Positions 35,560 to 55,600 of a stretch of 64,000 bases of DNA are shown here, one piece after another. The notes beneath the pieces were generated by a model, which was not told where the DNA came from, did not search any database, and worked only from the letters and a program-made list of their open reading frames with translations. Source of the stretch: Hormiphora californensis (taxonomy: Eukaryota; Animalia; Ctenophora); NCBI GenBank assembly GCA_020137815.1, contig CM035359.1, positions 7,688,001-7,752,000 of the forward strand, read 5' to 3'. Positions within the stretch are counted from its first letter, which is position 1. The number at the start of each line of letters is the position of its first letter. The position numbers and the translations under genes are program-made.

Positions 35560-37850
35560 TAAGAAACTTTCCCACTTTGGTTCACCTAATGTATAAGAAA
35601 ACTTCCCACTTTGACCCACCTAATTTCTAAGAAACTTTCCCACTTTGACCCAACTAATCTCTAAGAAACTTTCCCACTTTGACCCAACTAATCTCTAAGA
35701 AACTTTCCCACTTTGACCCGCCTTATCTCTAAGAAACTTTCCCACTTTGGCCCAACTGCAACTTATCTATAAGAAACTTTCCCACTTTGACCCAACTTAT
35801 CTCTAAGAAACTCTCCCACTTTGATCCAACTTATCTCTAAGAAACTTTCCCACTTTGACCCAACTTATCTCTAAGAAACTTTCCCACTTTGACCCAACTT
35901 ATCTCTAAGAAACTTTCCCACTTTGACCTAACTAATCTCTAAGAAACTCTCCCACTTTGACCCAACTTAACTCTAAGAAACTTTCCCCATTTGACCCAAC
36001 TTATCTCTAAGAAACTTTCCCACTTTGACCCAACTTATCTCTAAGAAACTTTTCCACTTTGACCCAACTTATCTCTAAGAAACTTTCCAACTTTGACCCA
36101 ACTTATCTCTAAGAAACTCTCCCACTTTGACCCAACTTATCTCTAAGAAACTTTCCCACTTTGACCAAACTTATCTCTAAGAAACTTCCCCACTTTGACC
36201 CAACTTATCTCTAAGAAACTTTCCCACTTTGACCCAACTTATCTCTAAGAAACTTTCCCACTTTGACACAACTTATCTCTAAGAAACTTTCCCACTTTGA
36301 CCCAACTTATCTCTAAGAAACTTTCCCACTTTGACCCAACTTATCTCTAAGAAACTTTCCCACTTTGACCCAACTTATCTCTAAGAAACTTTCCCACTTT
36401 GACCAAACTTATCTCTAAGAAACTTTCCCACTTTGACCCAACTTATCTCTAAGAAATTTTCCCACTTTGACCCAATTTATCTCTAAGAAACTTTCCCACT
36501 TTGACCCAACTTATCTCTAAGAAACTTTCCCCATTTGACCCAACTTATCTCTAAGAAACTTTCCCACTTTGACCCAACTTATCTCTAAGAAACTTTTCCA
36601 CTTTGACCCAAGTTATCTCTAAGAAACTTTCCCACTTTGACCCAACTTATCTCTAAGAAACTCTCCCACTTTGACCCAACTTCTCTCTAAAAAACTTTCC
36701 CACTTAGACCCAACTTATCTCTAAGAAACTTTCCCACTTTGGTTCACCTAATGTATAAGAAAACTTCCCACTTTGACCCACCTAATTTCTAAGAAACTTT
36801 CCCACTTTGACCCAACTAATCTCTAAGAAACTTTCCCACTTTGACCCAACTAATCTCTAAGAAACTTTCCCACTTTGACCCGCCTTATCTCTAAGAAACT
36901 TTCCCACTTTGGCCCAACTTATCTCTAAGAAACTTTCCCACTTTGACCCAACTTATCTCTAAGAAACTCTCCCACTTTGATCCAACTTATCTCTAAGAAA
37001 CTTTCCCACTTTGACCCAAATTATCTCTAAGAAACTTTCCCACTTTGACCCAACTTATCTCTAAGAAACTTTCCCACTTTGATCCAACTTATCTCTAAGA
37101 AACTTTCCCACTTTGACCCAACTTATCTCTAAGAAACTTTCCCACTTTGACCCAACTTATCTCTAAGAAACTTTCCCACTTTGACCCAACTTATCTCTAA
37201 GAAACTTTCCCACTTTGACCCAACTTATCTCTAAGAAACTTTCCCACTTTGACCCAACTTATCGTTAAGAAACTTTCCCACTTTGACCCAACTTATCTCT
37301 AAGAAACTTTCCCACTTTGACCCAACTCATCTCTAAGAAACTTTCCCACTTTGACCCAACTTATCTCTAAGAAAGTTTCCCCATTTGACCCAACTTATCT
37401 CTAAGAAACTCTCCCACTTTGACCCAACTTATCTCTAAGAAACTTCCCCACTTTGACCCAACTTATCTCTAAGAAACTTTCCCACTTTGACCCAACTTAT
37501 CTCTAAGAAACTTTCCCACTTTGACCCAACTTATCTCTAAGAAACTTTCCCACTTTGACCCAACTTATTTCTAAGAAACTTTCCCACTTTGACCCAACTT
37601 ATCTCTAAGAAACTTTCCCACTTTGACCCAACTTATCTCTAAGAAACTTTCCCACTTTGACCCAACTTATCTGTAAGAAACTTTCCCACTTTGACCCACC
37701 TAATCTCTAATATATATAAGAAACTTTGCCACTTAAATCCACCTTATCTCTAAGAAACATTCCCACTTTCAATTTTGACCCACCTAATCTCAGAAACTTT
37801 TCCACTTAACCCTCCTAATCTCTAAGAAACACTCCCACTTTGACCCACCA
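35560..37850. repeat. 34-bp minisatellite (~65 copies) with a higher-order duplication
   Basis: Unit AAGAAACTTTCCCACTTTGACCCAACTTATCTCT. The variant series beginning GGTTCACCTAATGTATAAG occurs at 35579 and again at 36741. Confidence 0.95.
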
Positions 37851-38217
37851 AATCTCTTACAGTGTTAAGTTTTCTAGAAAACGGTAGCAGTAGAGAGATA
37901 ATTCTTGCAGCATTAAATCAAGAAAAAAAAGTGAAGCAGTAGCAAGAAAAACCTCAGGTTTTTCTAAACATAAAAATAGCGGCTCTCACATATATCGTAG
38001 AATAAAAAACTCTCGAGTCAGGTCTTCGTATTGCTATCACCTACTACCAAAAAAAAATCAGCTCCGTACATCGCACGGTTTTCTCAGTACGGCCCCATAA
38101 AATGCGCATAAATTGACACATAAAATTCAGCCGAAACACTCGTAGACAATGATGTATTCCAATGCGCGGCGCGCCTCTCACCCAAACTGAGCATGCGTAC
38201 ACCCTACTTACACGGTC

Positions 38218-38949
38218 GCTTGTAGTGGGGAAACGGTAATGGAAAACGGAGATACAGTAAGACGACACGCAACCGTGGCCAATCAGGGCGCTAGTACGTG
38301 CTGAACACATGCACTTTATGCCGCGTGTTATGCAATGTGCGCGTCTTATTACTGTATTTCCAATATGGTAATACGACTACAAGCAGCACTGTATCTCTCT
38401 CCCTGTGACAACAATCTACATGTGGAGGATCACATCACACACAGTGCCTGGTGGCTAGTATGTGAGATCTGATCCTGGGTAAGGTGATGTGATCTGATTG
38501 ATGACGGGAATTTTTAGAACTCTCAAGCAACATGCATCAGGGGGATCAAGTTTTATAGTAAGATATTGGCGAAACATATTAAAGATGTGTGATAGTTCCG
38601 AATTTCCCTCGGTTCTATAATATAATCGCTCAGCAGAGATCTGTCAGCAGTCAGTCCAATGCTCTGATAGGCAGAGATAGCGCATAGATAGCGCATAGCT
38701 TAATTGCACGATTCAAGATCCTAGCGACTAATAATTTCAGCTGAACCTAAAGTTGAACCAATAACAGTGCCGCTTGTAGTGGGAATACGGTGTCTGAATA
38801 ATACGGTATTTGACCATTACGGTTTCTGAAATACATATGTATTTGAAATACATATATATTTCGGTGTCACGTGTTGTCAATCTAGCGCTCTGATTGGTCC
38901 GTTTTTCACTGATACCGTGTTGAACCGATACTGTATTCTCACTACAAGC
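38218..38949. mobile_element. Pair of degenerate MITE-like units in inverted orientation
   Basis: Units 38218-38384 and 38772-38949 each have GCTTGTAGT...ACTACAAGC termini. The internal GGCCAATCAGGGCGCTAG versus CTAGCGCTCTGATTGGTC shows opposite orientation. Confidence 0.5.
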
Positions 38950-39274
38950 ACCCATGTAAGCGTGCAGTTTTGTTTTTGCGGACCTATAGCGAGCAAGGAT
39001 CTGAAGCAGCTAGAAGTTTTGTTGGCATGCTTTATGATGTAGATGAACTGCACCGGAACTGTGCAGTTCCAAGCTGTAGGGAGTGCTAAACAAAGGAAAG
39101 ATCATGAGTTTTAATGAGTAGCGGAGAATAGAAACTTGCAGACAGCCCTTTACTTATTCAATGGTAATCGCCTAATTAGACACTGACAGTGACACTGACT
39201 GCAAGACAGTATTCTCTACCAGTAAGAGACTCCTAGGATATCCTAGGATATCGTGTTTTGACCTGTCTCCCAAT

Positions 39275-41880
39275 TAGTCCTAGGCATTTGCGTAAGAAAG
39301 TGCCCGTTTCAGGAATTTTAAGATAACCATGCGAGACCTTCACTAAAAGTATGCTATAGGTCCCTAGAATCACCAAAAAAAGTTTACCACTTAAACTTCC
39401 CCAGAACATCTCTCAATTTGGCGTTAATTGGGTCTAATTGGCTAATAATGAATTCAAAATTCAAAATCGTCGTAGAAGGTCGTAATTGGTCGCAATCGTT
39501 CAGAAATATTATTCTAATCATCTTTAAATCATGATAGTGACCCAATTATGTAAAATTGGTGCCTAATTTGGCGTTAATTGGGTCAAATTGGGTCTAAATT
39601 GGGTAAAAATTCAAAATCGTTGTAGACGGTCGTGGTTGGTCACAATCGTTCAGAAATATCATTCTTATCACCTTTAAACATATTAGTGACTCAGCTCTGC
39701 CAAATTGGTGCGTAATTGGCCCTAATTGGGCCTAATTGGCTAAAAGTTAAGCTTTTTTATGTTAGAAAAAGAATGTCGATTTTCGCCCTGATTGGGGAAA
39801 CAATTTGGAACATCAAAATTCCTTCACCAACGTGTCCCTAAGAGTCTTCTGGAACAACTGTGAGCTTTGTTACATGCGGGTTGAGGGGCAACATGGTCAT
39901 TTCCGGGTGTGTGTGCCACCTGTAACTTCAGGCAGAGCCCAATATTGTAAATAATTTTAGAATTGGAGTAGAGATTAAATTCAGGATACTAAAGTATGTA
40001 GCGTCCTCACATTAGTGGGGGTAGACAGTACTAGTCTACACTGTCTACTAGACACCCATGAAAAGTTCCTATCTCATTTGGTTAATTAGATAATTAGATA
40101 ATTAGATATATGCATATCCGTGTTTCAGCTATTATATGGCTTAAAAAGTTCATATTATGACCGAACATGTTATGTGGCTTAGATCAGACCTGTGAATAAT
40201 CCTGAGGCCCTGCTTGATACCCCTCATGCCCTGCTAGATACCTTCCAGATGTAGCTAGATACCGGAGATACCCCTAGAACCCCCTAAATACCCCTATAAC
40301 CCTAGATAGGTACCTCTTAGACCCTGCTATAATAATATTGCCCGGACTATTAGACCCATAGAACTGTAAACGGTGTAGAGGCACTGGGGTAACAGGGGTA
40401 CCTCTCATGTCCCACACTTCTAGCTTCCTATCACCCTCATAGACACCCCTCAGAGATCCTAGATACCCTCGAAATAATCTACCTAGTAAGGTTTGAGGGG
40501 TCTATGGGGTATCTAATCTGGTCTGAGGAATTTTGAGAGATATCTACAACAAGGGTCTAAGACTTGAGAGGTATCTAGAAGGGTCTAATGGGTGTCTAGT
40601 AGAGTCTGAGGGGTATCTAGTACGCTATGATGGGCGTCTAGAATGGTCTGAAGGGCATCTAGTGGAGTCTAAGGGGTATCTAGCAAGATCTGACTGCAGT
40701 GATATCTAGCAGGGTCTAAGGTGTGTCTAGAACTATAATATGGGTATCTAGGATGCTCAGAGGGGTATCTAGAAGGGTCTCACCTCTTATTTCTTAAAGG
40801 GGCATCTAATGGGGTCTGAGGGGTACTTAGTAGAATCTCAGGGGCATCTTGTAGACTCTGAGGGGTATCTGGTGGGGTCTGAGGGGTTCCTAGTAGAGTT
40901 ATAGGGGTATTTAGGGGGTTCTAGGGGTATCTCCGGCATCTAGCTACATCTGGAAGGTATTTAGCAGGGCATGAGGGGTATCAAGCAGGGCCTCAGGATT
41001 ATTCACAGGTCTGATCTAAGCCACATAACATGTTCGGTCATAGTATGAACTTTTTAAGCCATATAATAGCTGAAACACGGATATGCATACATATAATTAT
41101 CTAATTATCTAATTAACCAAATGAGATAGAAACTTTTCATGGGTGTCTACCCCCACTAATGCGAGGACGCTACATACTTCAGTATCCTGAATTTAATCTC
41201 TACTCCAATTCTAAAATTATTTACAATATTGGGCGCTGTCTGAAGTTACAGGTGGCACACATACCCGGAAATGTGCATGTTGCCCCTCAACCCGCAAGTA
41301 ACAAAGCTCAGAGGTGTTCCAGAAGACCCTTAGGGACACGTTGGTGAAGGAATTTTGATGTTCCCCAAATTGTTTTCCCAATCAGGGCGAAAATCGACAT
41401 TCTTTTTCTAACATAAAAAAGCTTAACTTTTAGCCAATTAGGCCCAATTACGCACCAATTTGGCAGAGCTGAGTCACTAATATGTTTTAAAGGTGATAAG
41501 AATGATATTTCTGAACGATTGTGACCAACCACGACCGTCTACAACGATTTTGAATTTTTGCCCAATTTAGACCCAATTTGACCCAATTAACGCCAAATTA
41601 GGCACCAATTTTACATAATTGGGTCACTATCATGATTTAAAGATGATTAGAATAATATTTCTGAACGATTGCGACCAATTACGACCTTCTACGACGATTT
41701 TGAATTTTGAATTCATTATTAGCCAATTAGACCCAATTAACGCCAAATTGAGAGATGTTCTGGGGAAGTTTAAGTGGTAAACTTTTTTTTGGTGATTCTA
41801 GGGACCTATAGCATACTTTTAGTGAAGGTCTCGCATGGTTATCTAAAAATTCCTGTATTTGACTCAAATGCCTAGGACTA
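39275..41880. mobile_element. Large fold-back element, ~1-kb inverted arms with a spacer of degenerate GAGGGGTATCTAG repeats
   Basis: TAGTCCTAGGCATTTG...CAAATGCCTAGGACTA termini, AAT on both flanks. Arms ~39275-40305 and ~40895-41880 are near-identical reverse complements; no transposase ORF. Confidence 0.85.
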
Positions 41881-42435
41881 AATACCATCGGAACTTCATT
41901 ATGGTGCACCCTACATCACGGAACACTGCTCGGCGGCTTGTTAACATCGCCAACTATTCTCATTTCTCGTCCGCCGCTCCGTTGGCAGCGCTACGTATAA
42001 CAATTAACAGGAGATTGCGCGACGTTCCCAAGCCGCTCCGTGATCTGAGATTTCAAATTTCAGGTCAGAATTGGGCGTAGGGTGTCTGGCGTCGCTCAAA
42101 TCGGGTCGGCGCTGCCAGACAGGGCGTGGAGTGGTCCAAAGTCCACAATTAATTTCCCTTACCTTCCTTTCCGTCCAACAAATTCGAAACAAGGAGTTTT
42201 ATAACATTGTTATTGTTATTAACAACAACAAATGTTCTTGTCTACAAAGAGTTTTATAACAACAACAAATGTTCTTGTCTACAATTCACAGCTCTCAGAT
42301 ATAGAAACAAGACTCACTACAATCAATAACTCTTCTCTCTCAGTCTCTCACCGTCTCAAATTCTCTTTCACTATCACAGGAATGAAAAAATGAAAACAAT
42401 CTATACACAAATTGCGCTATTTACACATTCAGTTT

Positions 42436-42536
<101 letters not shown>

Positions 42537-42890
42537 GAGCTTCATTTATGCGGGTCTGTACTAATAATTATCTCTTCATGCACTTGTTTCATGGTCGCTG
42601 CTCACGTGCCACGGTTACCATGGTTACCATTAAACATTATGCGGTAACCATGGTAACCAGATCGTGTGGTGAGGTGAAAAACACAACATAGCAACAACAA
42701 CAAAATTCTGTCAAATGATTTGTTCGATAGAATTATCGATTTGATTCTCACACAATGAAGCACTACAATCTCTCTCATTGTCTTCTATACTTCTCACTTT
42801 GACACCCCTCCTTGAGATCTCTACCAACAACATGCACTTTAACAACATCGAGAATTATAATTATGTGGTAATTATAATTAATTTAATTGT

Positions 42891-50879
<7,989 letters not shown>

Positions 50880-51180
50880 CTGAGGAGAGAGGGGGTCTGG
50901 AAACGTTGAATAAACATAAAATAAATAGTTTAGGTATCATAAAAAGTTTATAAAAATTTAAAATTTGATATTTACACTAATTAAAAAGTATTAATGTGTT
51001 TAGTAAATTACTTTCAGATGATATATATTTCTCGCTCTACTCTCTGAATGGTTCTTTGTGCTAGTTTAGTGTTTGTAAAATCAACACCATGTCAACTAGG
51101 AGCTATCCCGCCAAAACATGCACTTTCAGTCAGCCGAGACGAGTCGAGAATGTGTAGAAGGGAGAGGGAGAGAGAGATAT

Positions 51181-51237
<57 letters not shown>

Positions 51238-51703
51238 GAGATATGAGGAGAGAGAGAGCGAGAGTTAGGAGACAAGACCGAAAGAGAGGGGGAGCGATTG
51301 AGGGTGTTTGTGAGACGTCTCTCTCTCCGGGTTTATTTATATTTATAATATCTTATATCTTATATTTGTCCAAGTGAAGAGTAGAGAGGTAAAGGAGAGC
51401 AGCGGCTAAATTAAGGAGATAAAGAGAGAGCGAGAGAGAGAGAGAAGAGGAGAGGAAGTGAGAGGGTGAGTGTGTGTGAGAGATACTAGAGAGGGCTATG
51501 TGGAGAGAGCTAGAGTCTGAATTGAAACTGATCAGAAGGCTGGGTAAAATTTATTTACGTCTACTATTCGGTCTCTTTTATCTTTTTCGCTGCCTTCACC
51601 CCAGCTTCCCCTTGCCCTATATGTCAGAACTTATGGTAACTGGGTGGGACTGCTATAAAAATTCGTTTTTTAGCTAACGTTAGTTATAAGAGAAATATAA
51701 ATA

Positions 51704-51878
51704 CAGTCGGACCCCGATTTAACGGCACCCTTGGGGGAAAGGGTTTTGTCCGTTTTAAATCGGGGTGTCCGCTAAATCGGGGTCAAATACTGTTATTTTT
51801 TCTATATCGGGGGAAGATTATGCTGCCGTTAAATCGGGGTGCCGCTAAATCGGGGGCCGTTAAATCGGGGTCCGACTG
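51704..51878. mobile_element. Tc1/mariner-type MITE, TA TSD
   Basis: TA|CAGTCGGACCCCGATTTAACGGC...GCCGTTAAATCGGGGTCCGACTG|TA. The paralogous empty site AAATATAAATATGTAG at ~59248-59264 carries a single TA. Confidence 0.92.
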
Positions 51879-52128
51879 TATGTAGATCTACTAGCGCCAA
51901 GATGATATATAACAACAAGTCTTGGCGGTAGTTAAACAAAGAAGGGCAAATCACGTGACAGTGCCCTTGCTGAGATATAAAACAACTTTCCATTAAAAGC
52001 AGATTTAGTGATCATTCGAAATATTCAGGGGCCAGCAGGCACCTCCGCCCCGACTGCGTTTTGTGTGGTTTCCACGATAAATATGGAGCTTTGGTATTCC
52101 ATCGTTATGACCCTCTGTATCGCAGCAA

Positions 52129-52687
52129 CTCCTCCTAATGCGGCATTTCCTAGGCAGGCTTCTCCTGATGGGGCATTTCCTAGGCAGGCTCCTCCTGATG
52201 GGGCATTTCCTAGGCAGGCTCCTCCTGATGAGGCTTCTAGGGGCTTCTCCTAGGGCGTTCAGGCATGCTCCTCCTGATGAGGCATTTCCTAGGCAGGCTC
52301 CTCCTGATGGGGCATTTCCTAGGCAGGCTCCTCCTGATGGGGCATTTCCTAGGCAGGCTCCTCCTGATGGGGCATTTCCTAGGCAGGCTCCTCCTGATGA
52401 GGCATTTCCTAGGCAGGCTCCTCCTGATGAGCATTTCCTAGGCAGGCTCCTCCTAATGTGGCATTTTCTAGGCAGGCTCCTCCTGATGGGGCATTTCCTA
52501 GTCAGGCTCCTCCTGATGGGGCATTTCCTAGGCAGGCTCCTCCTGATGGGGCATTTCCTAGGCAGGCTCCTCCTGATGAAGCATTTCCTAGGCAGGCTTC
52601 TCCTGATGGGGCATTTCCTAGGCAGGCTCCTCCTGATGAGGCATTTCCCAGGCAGGCTCCTCCTGATGAGGCATTTCCTAGGCAGGC
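52129..52687 (+). repeat. Coding 30-bp repeat (PPDGAFPRQA)n; second copy at 59521-60028
   Basis: CCTCCTGATGGGGCATTTCCTAGGCAGGCT units. Confidence 0.92.
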
Positions 52688-55600
52688 AATACGAGGAGGC
52701 TGGACAACCCCAACTAAACAGAAGACTGATCCGACAGGAGCCCTCGACTGCCAAATTATAGTTTACCACGGATACATTAAAGAGAGTTGTACTGAAAAAA
52801 GCGATGAAGCTGTATTATATCATGAGAACGTTTTTCGGTGTGCATCATCCCCAAATGTGGTATACAGTTTCCCTGACGACCCATTTGCAGACTCTTTTAT
52901 GGGCCCACTGATACGATTTGGTATGCCAGATAAAGATAAGTGCCAGGGTGACGATGGGTTCTACCAAATGTGTGGATTGGTTCAAGACCCTGGAACATCT
53001 GTCTATACGGTTGGATCGGATGGAAGTATTGCACTGTGCGGCTACCAGCTTTGTCACGAATCATTTGACGGATGGGGTGGAATCACAAGCGAATGGAAAC
53101 ATTGCTTCCCACCGAAAAATGCCGTTACCAGTGAAAAGGAGAAAGGAATTTGTGATAATTTCTGTCAACGGGACTGCCAAGATGAATCATACTGTAACGG
53201 TGTACAATATGGGATCTACTGTACCCCCATAGGGAAGGATGAAGTGCACTACGTGGACCCTTCAAGGGTACAATGTTGTTTTTTAGTGCTGGTGCCCCGT
53301 CATATTCGCCACCTGCATAAAACGTCAACCAAAGCGTTGTCCACGACTTCTTAGACGCAGTCCACTAGTGAGTAGTGACATCGAATGTTTATGTGTACGT
53401 TTTGGACTTCGTGGAAACCGCTTCGGGCGGCGCTGTGCGGCCGCGGGCGGCAAATACGACGGAGCACCACCGGTTGGTAGGCAGTAAATGTTAGGGCGTT
53501 TAGGTACATGCAACCTAATGTAACCCTAATACAGCCCTAACATCGAACCAAAACGACAACCCCAACACTCCTTAGGAGAGACTCCTAAGACGGAATATAA
53601 ATTAATCAACTCTCGTATCCGGCCTATCGGCCGAATTTTTGAATTCCTATGAGAGTGCACTTGTATTGCTTACATACCTGTAAATTTTGCACGCACGTGA
53701 GTTCTGTACCAGAAACGCCCTAACCATATGTCTCATTCTCCATCCATATCTTGCTCTCTGTGGCTCACATCACTGATCACACACTGTGAATAGAGAGTGA
53801 GCGACGGGCCCTTTTCAATCGAGTTGCATCCTCTAGTCTAAACAAGTTCATCACTTTGCGATGTGATTTCATGTCAGAATGCCTGGTCTATAAAAAGGAG
53901 CTATGCCACCATGACATAACATTTATACGCAGAGACGAATTGTCGACAAGAGTGAAATCCTGTGACGCAAAACTTTAACTCAGAAGTAACTTTGCGGGGC
54001 GCTTGCTACGAGGGGGGAACACCTACTAAAAATTAGCACATTGTTTCAGATTTGCTTGGAACCATATTGTGAAGATGGAAGCGATACAAGGAATTGCTTT
54101 GTCGAAAAGGGAACACCAGGTTCTTGCAAGCGCCAAAATAAAGTCATTAGGTAAGTTGAGAATATGAATCAGGCTGCCAGACCAATCCCAATAGGAATCA
54201 AAACCAAATCCCCATAAGACCAGCCTCCACACCAACCACCCCCCCCCCAAAAAAAACTACCAGCAACACCACACCAACCACCCCCCAAACTACCAGCAAC
54301 ACCTCAGCTAACACCAACCACCCCCCAAAACTACCAGCAACACCACACCAACCACCCCCCAAAACTACCAGCAACACCTCAGCTAACACCAGGAGATCTG
54401 GAACAGCGCAAAGACCGAGACCCCTCCGTCCACTAAGATGGTAACCGTGGACACTCGCCAGAAACCGAGACTCAGATTGAACTAATCAGCCGTAAACCTG
54501 ACACCGTTTCGGGGCTTTAATTCGGTACGGGTACACAAGGTTCTAAGTCAGGCGCCCCGGCAATCTCGATAATCTGAGACCACCGTTCGATCTATACCCA
54601 GTTGCCCGGAATGAATGTGTCGATTGGGGTCCGTCACTGCCTCCCCCTTTGACAGGTTTTTCCGTGTTCGTCTTCAGAATGGCTGTGGTATCTTCAGCAC
54701 TGTGGTTGTCAACCGGGCCAAATCCCCCACCCGGGCTTACAGGACTAGGTCCCTCCGGTGCCCCATCTACCTCCAATAAACACTTTATCTTCCCTCCTTC
54801 CTACCTCGCACACTCGTAAACTCCATTCCGCAAACACACCTTAACGTCTCCACGTCCACTTCTTTGCTCTCACTGTAATCCTTTGCACGTGTCACAGGAT
54901 ACTGGAGGGTTGCCTACCGGTCTAGATTGATTACCCTGGCACCAGTCCCTAAATAAAGACTCCTGGGGCTTGGGGAAAGCAGGAGGCACTGCACCTCCTC
55001 AGTTCCTCAGGAAGAAAATAGGGACTGAATAACTACTAACCAGTAGTAAGCCAGGAGTAGTGTGATACCCCACTATCGCCGCTCGGTGTGGCCACTGGTT
55101 GACCACGGTCTTCCTGGAGTGTCCGAAGTAACATGCTCTGCATAAACTGATTGGTGGGTGGCCTTGCTACGGCGGAGTGGTGGACGTGCTGGGATGCCTA
55201 ATAAGCGTGTTCGGTGCGGCCTCTACTACTTTCGGGCATGGCATCCTCGGCCACCAGACGCAGCAATCACAAACAAACAAAACAAACAACCAAATAGAGC
55301 CATTTATTGGTTAATTTTCCACCGTAACGATATAAACCTAACCTAAAATTCCCCCTTCCAGTGTGAACAGTCCGGCAAAATACATAATCCCTCGGCCGGA
55401 TATGCGATGTAGCACTCCAGCTAGCTGGGAATCAAACTACGTTACCCTTGTTGTTTCCGTAGAGAACGCTGACGCACACACATTGTGCAGTGAGCCCCTT
55501 GGCATGGAACACACTAACTGTAGTGATCCTAATAGGATCTCAATTCTAGGGTTAGTATTGTTTTAAAGCAGCAATTGACTAATGCTAAAAGTAGCGACCT

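Noticed and set aside
35560-37850. 34-bp array as a CRISPR or telomeric repeat
   Set aside because: Head-to-tail monomers without spacers, and not a TTAGGG-type unit.
52129-52687. CTGATGAG motifs as tandem hammerhead ribozymes
   Set aside because: No downstream GAAA core or stems on the same strand; the repeat is in frame with a signal peptide and reads as coding.
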